Shown: piece after piece, positions 55,365 to 64,000 of the stretch
How the letters are laid out: every line of letters starts with the position of its first letter
Numbering within the stretch: position 1 is the first letter of the stretch
NCBI GenBank assembly: GCA_018657525.1
Contig: JABHWZ010000004.1
Span: forward strand, 26,245 to 90,244
Reading direction: 5' to 3'
Source: an archaeon
GTDB lineage: Archaea > Nanobdellota > Nanobdellia > Pacearchaeales > GW2011-AR1
DNA length: 64,000 nucleotides
Position numbers and translations under genes: made by a program
Notes under the pieces: model-generated
Told to the model about the DNA's origin: nothing
Seen by the model: the letters and a program-made list of their open reading frames with translations, nothing else
The model's database searches: none

Positions 55365-56100
55365 TTTTACTTAGTTCCAATTTTAAACTTTCTAATTTAA
55401 TTCCTGAATATTGCACCTTACTTATCTCTTTATCTTCCCCAAGAATTTTAATTTTAAATCCCTCTTTTTTTATCAAATCTAAATAATCTTCCTTTTGTAA
55501 TGCTCCCGCCACACATCCAGAAATTAAATCTGGATTATTTTTTTGTTCTTTTGTTAGTTCTCCTAATAGAACTATATCTGAAACATACATCTGTCCATTA
55601 TTCTTCAGAACTCTTTTTGCTTCTTGAAAGACTTTTGATTTATCTACTGAAAGATTAATCACACAATTACTGATTATTAAATTAACACTTTCATCTCCTA
55701 ATGGAAGATTTTCTATTTCTCCAAGTTTAAATTCAACATTTTGATAATTATTTTTTGCAGCATTTTCCCTTGCCCTTTTCACCATTTCCGGCGTCATATC
55801 AACCCCAATAACTTTGCCTTTCTTTCCAACTTTCTTGGAAGCAAGAAAACAATCAAAACCTGCTCCACTTCCTAAATCTAGAACAATATCTCCCTCTTTA
55901 ATTTGAGCAAGCGCAATAGGATTTCCACAACCTAACCCAAGATTTCCTGGGGCACCTAACTCATCTTCTGAGTAACCGATATTTCTTGCAATATTTTCTT
56001 GTTCATCTTTTTTGCAACTACAAGTACAACATGAGCCTTTATTTGTAGCAATATTTGTATAATTCTTTTTTACTATTTTTTTTATTTCTTCAGTTTGCAT
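55357..56100 (-). CDS. arsM: Arsenite methyltransferase
   Basis: [38 protein letters not shown]. Confidence 0.9.
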   Translation of the reverse strand: MQTEEIKKIVKKNYTNIATNKGSCCTCSCKKDEQENIARNIGYSEDELGAPGNLGLGCGNPIALAQIKEGDIVLDLGSGAGFDCFLASKKVGKKGKVIGVDMTPEMVKRARENAAKNNYQNVEFKLGEIENLPLGDESVNLIISNCVINLSVDKSKVFQEAKRVLKNNGQMYVSDIVLLGELTKEQKNNPDLISGCVAGALQKEDYLDLIKKEGFKIKILGEDKEISKVQYSGIKLESLKLELSKND

Positions 56101-57267
56101 TTAAATGTCCCCCACCAACGGACTTATCCGTCGCAGTTTTTCAACTGTTTTTTTTAATTGCTCAATTGCAAAATCAATTTCTTCTTTTGTTGTATATTTA
56201 CTGATTGAAATTCTAATGGATGAATTTGCTTCCAAAGGAGTTTTACCAATAGCTAATAAAACATGACTCGGGTCTAAATTTTTTGACGAGCAAGCTGAAC
56301 CAGTTGAAGTAAAAATTCCAGCTGAATTTAAAAAACTACCAATTGCTTCCCCTTCAATGTTATTAAAACATAAATTAATATTATTACAAAGCCTATCTTC
56401 TCTAGATGGACCATTCAAACTAACATTTGAAATTTCATTAGTAATTTTTTCAATAAAGTAATCTCTTAATTTTTTAATCCTCTTGACATCTCGATTTGAA
56501 GCAACTTGAACTGCTTTCCCAAAACCAACAATTCCCGGAACATTTTCTGTTGAACTTCTCAATTTAAATTCCTGCCCCCCACCATGCAATAAAGGGGTAA
56601 TTTTAATCCCCTCCCGAATATATAAAGCACCAACTCCCTTCGGACCATGAATCTTGTGTGCATTAATTGTCATCAAATCTAAATTCATTTTTTTAATTTT
56701 AATAGGAACTTTTGTAAAACTCTGACAAGCATCTGTATGAAACAAAACATTTTTTTCTTGACAAATTTTTCCTATTTCTTGTAAATGTTGAATAGTCCCA
56801 ATTTCATTGTTCCCGTGAATCACTGAAACTAAAATTGTTTTTTCTGTAATAGCATCTGCAACATCTTGAGGATTTACAAAGCCGGTTGCATCAACATCCA
56901 AATAAGTAACCTTGCCTCCTTGAGTTACAACCCATTTACATGCATTCAAAATACAATCGTGTTCAATTTTTGTAGTTATAATATGGTTCTTCCCACTTTT
57001 GATTGTCTGCTCTTTTAAAAATAATCCTTTAATCACAAAATTATTAGCTTCTGTTCCACTTCCGGTAAAAATAATATCTTTAAATTTTGCTCCAATTTCT
57101 CGAGCGATTATTTCCCGCGCCTCATCCAATCCTCTCTTAGCTTCCTGTCCCTTAAAATGTAGTGACGACGGATTACCATAATTTTCAGTTAAATAACTTT
57201 GCATTGCTTTAGCCACTTTTTCGTCAACCTTTGTTGTTGCCGCATTGTCAAGATATATTTCTTTCAT
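56101..57267 (-). CDS. iscS: Cysteine desulfurase
   Basis: YLDNAATT, GSGTEANN, HTDACQ, AHKIHGPKG, STGSACSS. Confidence 0.95.
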   Translation of the reverse strand: MKEIYLDNAATTKVDEKVAKAMQSYLTENYGNPSSLHFKGQEAKRGLDEAREIIAREIGAKFKDIIFTGSGTEANNFVIKGLFLKEQTIKSGKNHIITTKIEHDCILNACKWVVTQGGKVTYLDVDATGFVNPQDVADAITEKTILVSVIHGNNEIGTIQHLQEIGKICQEKNVLFHTDACQSFTKVPIKIKKMNLDLMTINAHKIHGPKGVGALYIREGIKITPLLHGGGQEFKLRSSTENVPGIVGFGKAVQVASNRDVKRIKKLRDYFIEKITNEISNVSLNGPSREDRLCNNINLCFNNIEGEAIGSFLNSAGIFTSTGSACSSKNLDPSHVLLAIGKTPLEANSSIRISISKYTTKEEIDFAIEQLKKTVEKLRRISPLVGDI

Positions 57268-57626
57268 TTTAATTTAACCTTTAAATTTTTCAAAATATCT
57301 AAAGTTTGACTCAAATCTTTTTCTTTAACTAATAAATGATCAGTAGAATATGAAGATACAACAAAGATACTTATTCCTGCTTTAGCTAACGCACTGGATA
57401 TTTTAGCGATAAAGCCAACTAATTCAAAATCAAGAACTATCTCAAAAGTAATCAGTTTCCAGTCTTTTTCAATTTTGATAATATCTTTTTTGTTAATTTC
57501 ACCCTCCTCAATAATTACCGTAATCTCTTTCTTATCTTTAATATTTGCAAAAGCTTCGGGACAGATTTTTTTAGATTTAACTACCCAAAATTTTTCATCC
57601 CAAATATGAATCATTTCCTTTTTCAT
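57264..57626 (-). CDS. ACT-domain protein (ACT_7)
   Basis: LDFELVGFIAKISSALAKAGISIFVVSSYSTDHLLVK. Confidence 0.85.
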   Translation of the reverse strand: MKKEMIHIWDEKFWVVKSKKICPEAFANIKDKKEITVIIEEGEINKKDIIKIEKDWKLITFEIVLDFELVGFIAKISSALAKAGISIFVVSSYSTDHLLVKEKDLSQTLDILKNLKVKLK

Positions 57627-57934
57627 TTCCCCCCTCCACAAAATTTACAATTTCCAGAACAATATGTTTTCGAATGTTTATCAATCAATTTTAAAATAGG
57701 TAAAATAGTTTTTTTATTTAAAGAATAAATTCTCTGTTTCCCCTTCTGTTTAAAATCCACAATATTGCAACTTTTCAACGAGGCCAATGCATGAGAGACT
57801 TTGCTCTGCTCAACTTTTAATTCTCTAGAAATTTCCCCCACACTTCGCGGTTTCTCTTTTAATTGAGAAACAATTTCAACTCTAAGTGGATTTGCTAAAT
57901 TACTAAAAAATACATGATATGTTGATTTTAACAT
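57623..57934 (-). CDS. ArsR/SmtB-family regulator with C-terminal Cys cluster
   Basis: LANPLRVEI...SVGEI...EQSKVSHALASL...GKQRIYSL; CSGNCKFC tail. Confidence 0.9.
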   Translation of the reverse strand: MLKSTYHVFFSNLANPLRVEIVSQLKEKPRSVGEISRELKVEQSKVSHALASLKSCNIVDFKQKGKQRIYSLNKKTILPILKLIDKHSKTYCSGNCKFCGGGK

Positions 57935-57986
57935 TGTGTTATTTTAATTTTTAATTTAAATAATGCGGTGAAATGTGCGAAATATT

Positions 57987-58010
57987 TCATATGAAACTAT
58001 ATTCATATGA
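57987..58010. promoter_or_regulatory. ArsR/SmtB-type operator palindrome
   Basis: TCATATGAA-actata-TTCATATGA, a perfect 9-6-9 inverted repeat directly downstream of TATA TTTATAAA (58012-58019). Confidence 0.8.
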
Positions 58011-58021
58011 CTTTATAAATC

Positions 58022-58360
58022 TTACCTTTTCCTTTTTAATCTTTTATCCAAATTTCTTTTATATAAAATAGCATGAATTATCAAAACTTTTCTATTTTTA
58101 GGGCAAGTAGCTATTGAAAAAGTTACATTTTTACTTAAACTATAAAATAATTCATATCCAAAATCTCCCTGTTTCAGTCTATCCTTTTCAATTTCAAATA
58201 CCTTATCAAATTTTGGGAAAATTTCTAAAACTTTTTCATGTTCTATTCCCCTTTTCATAATCCCAAACTGATAATACTTTGTAAAAATTAATTTTTTACC
58301 TTTAATTTTTTCATTAATAATCCTATTGATTTCCTTTTTATCCTTAATTAAAAATGTCAT
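58022..58360 (-). CDS. Putative toxin (DUF4258/RelE-like)
   Basis: IFTKY....MKRGI...; ATGA-coupled to the DUF2283-like gene. Confidence 0.5.
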   Translation of the reverse strand: MTFLIKDKKEINRIINEKIKGKKLIFTKYYQFGIMKRGIEHEKVLEIFPKFDKVFEIEKDRLKQGDFGYELFYSLSKNVTFSIATCPKNRKVLIIHAILYKRNLDKRLKRKR

Positions 58361-58689
58361 TGTATCAACAATGGTTTTTCAATTGCTTGGATGTTATATG
58401 GGATTCTTTCTATATTTTTTCCTGCCTTAAGAATAAAATAAATTAGGTACCCATTTCTACATGGTTTAAACATAATCTTCGCCTGATTTAAACTCTCCAA
58501 AATTCTAGGATTAATCCCAATAGATTTCAAATAACTTGACGCTTTTATCAATTCTATATTAGCAATTTTATTACCCGAAAGAAAGTCTATATTTAAATTC
58601 AAAAATCTAAGACTTCCTACAACATCTCCTTCATTACAGGAAATCATCAATCTATCTGAAAAATCATCATACATAAAATTCTTGGTCAT
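58357..58689 (-). CDS. DUF2283-like putative antitoxin
   Basis: YDDFSDRLMI...IDF...KIANIELIKAS. Confidence 0.6.
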   Translation of the reverse strand: MTKNFMYDDFSDRLMISCNEGDVVGSLRFLNLNIDFLSGNKIANIELIKASSYLKSIGINPRILESLNQAKIMFKPCRNGYLIYFILKAGKNIERIPYNIQAIEKPLLIQ

Positions 58690-58703
58690 AATAAAATATA
58701 TTT

Positions 58704-59696
58704 TTACTTCTTTAAAAATTTACCCTTTTTATTCCAATTCTCCGCAATTTCAGTTAATTGTTTTTTTCTGCTATTCAATTTTTTCAAACTCACCAAAATA
58801 TATTCCTTAATTTCTTTTAATGCATGTTTATCACTATCTAACAAAAACTTATCTAAATATTCAGATAAATCTTCCAAAAGTCTATCATACATATAGAAAA
58901 TTAGAGCATTCTTATTTAATTTAAATTTTCCATAGCTTTTTTTATATCCCTTTAAAATTGACTGAATATTATTATTCGAATGTAACCATAAATCTTTTTC
59001 TCTTAGATTTGAACCAACTCCATCCCAATCAATAAGGAATACTTCATTTTTTTCCACAATCATATTTTCCCCAATTGCATCCCCATGGCACAAAACAAAA
59101 TCCTTTTTTTCTAATCTGTTTTTTAATCCTTTTGCTTTAATTAACAAGTTCATAATTATCCTTCGAGAAATTAATTTTTTCAATAAATTATTCTTTTCTA
59201 GCCTTTTTAAATTATTTATTAAACACTTTTCATAATGAGGAGGTGCATTGAAATTTTCTTTATTTAATCCATCTACATCAACTAAATTTATTGATTTATG
59301 GACGCTTCCAATTAATTTTCCAAAGTTATATGCTTCTTTTTTATTTAATTTCCAATTTCCTTCTGTTCTTCCCGAAATATATTCATAAATAATTAATGGG
59401 TTTCGCATAAATTTTGTTTTTAGTTTTCTTTTAATTGTAGGGATGGGATAAGAAATATTTTGAATTCCTGCTTTTGAAAATAAATCAAAATTGACTCTTA
59501 ATGTGATATTTAATCCCTTTGCAATCCCTTGCCCATATTTATTCATATTAATTATTTTCAGAAAAAATTGCTTCTCTTCAGAATTCAAAATAGCTGTGTA
59601 AGACATTTCACCGAGGGGAATTTCTTTTATCCTTTTGACTTTTATTCCATATTGTTTTTTTAAAAATTTTTTCAAAAGGATTTTATTGATTTTCAT
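58704..59696 (-). CDS. Aminoglycoside phosphotransferase / choline kinase-like protein
   Basis: FFLK, YEYISG, LCHGD...N, LIDWD. Confidence 0.8.
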   Translation of the reverse strand: MKINKILLKKFLKKQYGIKVKRIKEIPLGEMSYTAILNSEEKQFFLKIINMNKYGQGIAKGLNITLRVNFDLFSKAGIQNISYPIPTIKRKLKTKFMRNPLIIYEYISGRTEGNWKLNKKEAYNFGKLIGSVHKSINLVDVDGLNKENFNAPPHYEKCLINNLKRLEKNNLLKKLISRRIIMNLLIKAKGLKNRLEKKDFVLCHGDAIGENMIVEKNEVFLIDWDGVGSNLREKDLWLHSNNNIQSILKGYKKSYGKFKLNKNALIFYMYDRLLEDLSEYLDKFLLDSDKHALKEIKEYILVSLKKLNSRKKQLTEIAENWNKKGKFLKK

Positions 59697-60406
59697 GCTC
59701 TCTTTCCCTTATGCAACTTTCTATCACTAACTATCTTACCATCTTTTAACTTAATCAAACGAGAAACATATTTTGTGTGCCATTCTTCATGTGTCACCAT
59801 CACAATTGTCTGACCGTATTTTTTATTCAACTCTTTAAAGACTTCCAAAACTTGCTCTGAAGTTCTAGAATCTAAATTTGCACATGGTTCGTCAGCAAAA
59901 AGAATTCTCGGATTTTTAGAAATTGCCCTAGCTATAGCAACTCTTTGCTTCTCTCCTCCTGAAAGTTCACCTGGGATTCTATTTAATTTATCTCCTAACC
60001 CCACTTTATCTAAAGCTTCCTTCGCAGTCAACATAGATTCTTTTTTAGATTTACCTTCCATCAAAGACAGCACATAAACATTTTCCAAAGCGCTCATTTC
60101 ATTCATTAAAGCATAATCCTGAAAAACATAACCTAACTGAGTCAGTCTATAATAAGTCCTTTCCTCTTCTGGCAATTGCCCCACATTTAATCCTTGAACT
60201 GAATATTCTCCCTTAGTGGGATTATCCATCAAACCGAGAATTCTCAACATTGTAGTTTTCCCACTTCCACTCGGACCCATAATCGCAACAAACTCTCCTT
60301 TCTTTATTCCAAAATTCACCCCATCAATCGCCTTCACAGTAACACTTCCAGATTTATAAAATCGTTTCATATCTTCAACTTTAATTAGTGTTTTTTCTTT
60401 TTTCAT
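59693..60406 (-). CDS. ABC transporter ATPase (LolD/MacB-like)
   Basis: GPSGSGKT, LSGGEKQRVAIARA, ADEP, VTH. Confidence 0.95.
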   Translation of the reverse strand: MKKEKTLIKVEDMKRFYKSGSVTVKAIDGVNFGIKKGEFVAIMGPSGSGKTTMLRILGLMDNPTKGEYSVQGLNVGQLPEEERTYYRLTQLGYVFQDYALMNEMSALENVYVLSLMEGKSKKESMLTAKEALDKVGLGDKLNRIPGELSGGEKQRVAIARAISKNPRILFADEPCANLDSRTSEQVLEVFKELNKKYGQTIVMVTHEEWHTKYVSRLIKLKDGKIVSDRKLHKGKRA

Positions 60407-60840
60407 TTTAATCTTTTTTCCATTAAAAGATAATTTCCATCATATCTTGAATTTATTTTTTTGAATCCAAATTTTTTATAAAATTTAGGAATCTCTGTTG
60501 AAATTAAAATAATTTTAGATTTAGGTTTCTTTTGTTTTTTTATTTGATTTATTAGCTCTTTCATTAGTTTCGTGCCAATTCCTTGTTTTTGATATTTAGA
60601 ATTTGTATTCATCCAAAAAATATTGAATACCGCATTATCAACCCAGGAAGAGATAAACCCTCCCAATGCCACAATTTCTTTTTTATTTTCCGCAACAAAA
60701 TAAGTGGGCCTAAGCAAAGATTCAGAAAACATTTCTTTTAACTCTTTATGCACTAATTGTTTTGGATATTTGGGATTATTAGTTTTAATTATTTCCAACA
60801 TTTTTAAAAGATCCTTTTTAGTAGCTTTTTTCATTTTCAT
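60403..60840 (-). CDS. GNAT acetyltransferase inserted between permease and ATPase
   Basis: YQKQGIGTKLM, FYKKFGF; ATGA overlaps on both sides. Confidence 0.85.
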   Translation of the reverse strand: MKMKKATKKDLLKMLEIIKTNNPKYPKQLVHKELKEMFSESLLRPTYFVAENKKEIVALGGFISSWVDNAVFNIFWMNTNSKYQKQGIGTKLMKELINQIKKQKKPKSKIILISTEIPKFYKKFGFKKINSRYDGNYLLMEKRLK

Positions 60841-62042
60841 CGTCCCCAAATTGCCTCCAATATATCCTCTTTCGAAACCCGCCAAGCAGGAAGAATTCCT
60901 GCAACCACCGACATAATCAGCATAGTAAGTACACTTTTAATTATTAATCCTGATTGAATTTCCGGAATAATTGTTATGCTTTCATAAAATGTAACCGGAC
61001 TTACCGTAAAATAATACATAAGTGAAAAGTGCAAAACCAACCCAGCAAGGATTCCCATTGAAACATAAAACATACTGATAAATGCATAAGTTAAAACAAT
61101 AGAACGGGGCGTGATTCCTATCGCCTTTAAAATTCCAATTTCTTTTTTCCTATGTAAAACATTAATATAAATAATAATTAAAATTAAAGCCGCGCCCACA
61201 ATTAAACTTACCAAATTAGAAACAACATTAATCATATCTATACTTTGCATTGCTTGCCGTAAAATTGCATCAGATTTCTCGTCAGCAGTAAATATTTCTT
61301 CATTAATCCCTGCCGCAATAATCTTCTCCTTGGCTTTCGCAGAATTAACATTACCCTTTAATTTTATAACAACACTTGTAGCTTTTCCCCCTTCTAAACC
61401 ATAAACATCTTCAATTTCTTTATAGTGAACTAAAGCATTAAGGTCCACAAGCTCAAAAGTCCCCTCCATGATGCCTTTAACTTTGTAAGTTCTTACAACA
61501 CCATTACCATAAACCACGTCGACAAGAGAACCAACTCCTACCGCTCCCAGATTATCATATATCTCCGAACCAAAATAACCTTCCACAAGCATCGCACCAA
61601 TTATGATTTCGTTTCTAGAAAGATCCCCTAAAAATTCTCCCTCAGCAATAATATTTGGATAATTAGAAATATCATATTCCTCAGAGGGAAGTAACCCTGT
61701 TATCGTCGATCCCACAATTTTTTGCTTATGCTTAATCGAAGCACCGACATCCAATCTTTTCGTAGCCGCATGTACATCTGGCACTGCTCTTGCTTTCTGC
61801 AAAACATTATCTGCATTGTTGATATAAGCATTATCGCCGCTTGGCTCCACAACAACATCCCCATACGGATATTGCATAAAATTAGTAAACATCCCAGAAA
61901 TTCCCCCAATCATCGAGGGCAAAAAAACCAGATTCATAAAAATCAGCGACAAAACAAAAATGATAAAAACTATTGTTTTTTTGTTTCCTCTTTTTATGGA
62001 ACTTTTTGCACCAAGCAATCCAACCTTAAGATCATTAATCAT
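60837..62042 (-). CDS. ABC permease (FtsX/LolE-like)
   Basis: RKKEIGILKAIG, PAWRVSK. Confidence 0.9.
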   Translation of the reverse strand: MINDLKVGLLGAKSSIKRGNKKTIVFIIFVLSLIFMNLVFLPSMIGGISGMFTNFMQYPYGDVVVEPSGDNAYINNADNVLQKARAVPDVHAATKRLDVGASIKHKQKIVGSTITGLLPSEEYDISNYPNIIAEGEFLGDLSRNEIIIGAMLVEGYFGSEIYDNLGAVGVGSLVDVVYGNGVVRTYKVKGIMEGTFELVDLNALVHYKEIEDVYGLEGGKATSVVIKLKGNVNSAKAKEKIIAAGINEEIFTADEKSDAILRQAMQSIDMINVVSNLVSLIVGAALILIIIYINVLHRKKEIGILKAIGITPRSIVLTYAFISMFYVSMGILAGLVLHFSLMYYFTVSPVTFYESITIIPEIQSGLIIKSVLTMLIMSVVAGILPAWRVSKEDILEAIWGR

Positions 62043-62063
62043 TTTTTCTCAATTTAGGAATCA

Positions 62064-62981
62064 TTATTTTTTCTTTTCACTCCCTTTAAGAAGTTGATGA
62101 ATAATATTATCCTTTGATTTTTTAACTTTTGAAAAATAATAAATTCCCCCAACAAAAAGAGCAAGAATGATTATCCAAAATAAAATGAATAATATATTTG
62201 TGGGTTTTTTCAAGACACTAATATTGATTTCTCTTTCAATTTGGTTTTCACCAAAGTCATCATAATATGAAATTAAAACTGGAAAAGTTTGCTCCCCTGA
62301 TTTGTCTACTATAAATGTGAATATTGCTGGACCATCTTCATCTGGTTCAAGTGTTCCAATAAAAGATTGTTTTAATCCTTGAAATGAATGATTCACATAA
62401 ACTTCTACTGATTTAGCAGTTCCTTTACCTGCATTTTCAATTCTCAATGTTAATTCAGCTATTTCTCCTTTTACTGGAAGTACGGGATCTGTTTTTAAAG
62501 ACGCAATATTCAATTCTGCCTCTTCTCCAATAACAGTTAAACTAAATTCTCCTTCTCTTAAAAATTCTCCATCCTCTCCAGAGTAATCGACTCGATATTT
62601 AACTATATACTCTCCTGGAATTGCTTCTGGCTTTGTGCCCATGTGAAATGTAATAAAACGTTTACTATTTGTATAACCCATTCGACCAATATCCTGAACT
62701 AAATCCTCTTTCACTTCAATTAATGGAGAGATATCAGTTATTGTAAAAACGACCTCGTCAGAAACTTTCGAACCGCAATTGTCAATTAAAATGCCAACTG
62801 TAAAGTCCTCATCAATTCCAATCGAACTCGGACTAATATCTGAAACTGCCACTTCAACACAATGTCCCGACGTCACATTTCCAGTCATATTAAAATATCC
62901 TAAAACAAACAAAAAAACTACACATGCCAAGCCAATCCAAAATCCATGCTTTCGCATAAATTCATTTAACCCCTTTTTCAT
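62064..62981 (-). CDS. COG1361-like surface protein (CARDB domains)
   Basis: N- and C-terminal TM helices; LRIENAGKGTAKSV; adjacent to the ABC exporter. Confidence 0.75.
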   Translation of the reverse strand: MKKGLNEFMRKHGFWIGLACVVFLFVLGYFNMTGNVTSGHCVEVAVSDISPSSIGIDEDFTVGILIDNCGSKVSDEVVFTITDISPLIEVKEDLVQDIGRMGYTNSKRFITFHMGTKPEAIPGEYIVKYRVDYSGEDGEFLREGEFSLTVIGEEAELNIASLKTDPVLPVKGEIAELTLRIENAGKGTAKSVEVYVNHSFQGLKQSFIGTLEPDEDGPAIFTFIVDKSGEQTFPVLISYYDDFGENQIEREINISVLKKPTNILFILFWIIILALFVGGIYYFSKVKKSKDNIIHQLLKGSEKKK

Positions 62982-63056
62982 AAGATAATTAGCTATTTGT
63001 TATTTATAAAACTAACTAGAAAAGAAAATATCTTAAAACACATTTGGTCAAGGAAA

Positions 63057-63093
63057 TAAAAAAAATAAAAAAAAGCCGAGCCCGAAGGCCCGG
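63057..63093 (-). terminator. Intrinsic-type terminator hairpin
   Basis: CCGGGCC-TTCG-GGCTCGG followed by a long T-tract, about 10 nt after the stop at 63103. Confidence 0.75.
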
Positions 63094-63102
63094 TTAAATT
63101 TA

Positions 63103-63966
63103 CTATACGTCAAGTTCGTCTCCGTCAATATAGATTCGTCCACTAGTATTGCCAAATCGTCCTTGCCTTAAAGCCAATCCACCCGAGTTCCCCCCTATTA
63201 CATCGGCATCTACCCTGGGATTTAATAATCCACCTATAATGAGTTGTTCTTGATGCATCCCGTATGTATTCTCAGGGATTATGTGTACCCTTTCAGGCCA
63301 GGGCGAGGAAACAATGTTCTCATAACTTCTGTCGCCAACATATATGGTATTCCCGCTGACACTAAGTTTAGCAGATCCTCCTGAAACCTGACCCCAATTA
63401 AAACCATGGCCATGACTGAATTCTACAGGGTTGTCATAATATTGTGTTAGATCGACATCAAGACTACAGGGTCCTCCTTTTGCAAGGGGAGCCAGTGCTC
63501 TTACTAAATCCTGTAGAGGTTTTTTCTTGCTCTTAGATCTTTGAGAACAAATCTCTTTCCATTTTAACCCGAAGGAGGGATCTGTTTTGCTGAGTTGATA
63601 ATCTAATTTCATACCCCCTTTTTCCACATAAGGCCTTGACGAAGTTCCGATTATAGTGGTTTCAGAATTCATTTGCCTAATTGTTTGTATAAGATCATAG
63701 CCCACCGGAGAAGGAGAGTCGCCCAATCTATTTGGTAGTTCATCATCTAGTAAAACAAAGTCAAACCCCGTACTACTTACAAACGCTCTGGCAGAATTAT
63801 AAGTTCTTGCTACACCAACTCCAAGACTTCTTAAATCCTCCGCCGGATCTTCTGGTTCATCCATAGAATCTTCCCCCAAAAGCTCTAACCTATAATACAT
63901 ATCGAATAGTTTCATTACTTCCGGCGAATCTTCCACAATCAAAGTTCTTCCTTTTCTTCTTTCCAT
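63103..63966 (-). CDS. Response-regulator receiver domain fused to an unknown C-terminal domain
   Basis: LIVEDS, FDFVLLD, GYDLI, IIGTSS, LSK; strong SD AGGAGGTGA; visibly more GC-rich than the flanks. Confidence 0.7.
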   Translation of the reverse strand: MERRKGRTLIVEDSPEVMKLFDMYYRLELLGEDSMDEPEDPAEDLRSLGVGVARTYNSARAFVSSTGFDFVLLDDELPNRLGDSPSPVGYDLIQTIRQMNSETTIIGTSSRPYVEKGGMKLDYQLSKTDPSFGLKWKEICSQRSKSKKKPLQDLVRALAPLAKGGPCSLDVDLTQYYDNPVEFSHGHGFNWGQVSGGSAKLSVSGNTIYVGDRSYENIVSSPWPERVHIIPENTYGMHQEQLIIGGLLNPRVDADVIGGNSGGLALRQGRFGNTSGRIYIDGDELDV

Positions 63967-64000
63967 TTTCTATCACCTCCTTTCATCACTATATTTCTCT

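Noticed and set aside
10987-62988. Numerous short antisense or nested ORFs in the ORF track (e.g. 10987-11382, 16114-16458, 23099-23392, 44592-44864)
   Set aside because: These are shadows of well-supported genes on the opposite strand or in another frame, with no motifs.
1-64000. Prophage, IS element, DGR, intein or alternative genetic code
   Set aside because: No integrase, transposase, RT or capsid motifs were recognised, core proteins show no large insertions, and TAA, TAG and TGA all terminate conserved genes.

Overview
AT-rich archaeal chromosome segment, most consistent with a DPANN/Nanobdellota archaeon (Pacearchaeota-like; inferred from gene content and a fused, shortened RNAP subunit A). 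The core scaffold is: rpoH-rpoB-rpoA(fused)-nusA-rps12-rps7-EF2-EF1a, dnaG, rnhB, an smc-family gene and nfo; three tRNAs (Ser-GCT, iMet-CAT, Lys-TTT); a bacterial-type nrdR-nrdJ-dut-kinase operon with two NrdR boxes; trxA/trxB; a TtuA-like thiolase; an ArsR-iscS-arsM-iscU operon; and an ABC exporter. The scaffold is broken up by many ORFans. The most striking pattern is that several inserts are bracketed by 13-23 bp direct repeats that copy a terminus of the neighbouring resident gene (3' ends of smc, EF-2 and a wHTH gene; 5' ends of rps7, an ABC ATPase and tRNA-Ser; the ttuA promoter). Some repeat pairs differ only synonymously, and no integrase or transposase is recognisable in the window. 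Two unrelated ORFans share an identical 31-bp TATA-to-ATG segment. The Smc protein has canonical Smc heads but a central CPLC zinc hook and no hinge. All repeats were found by eye and need computational confirmation.
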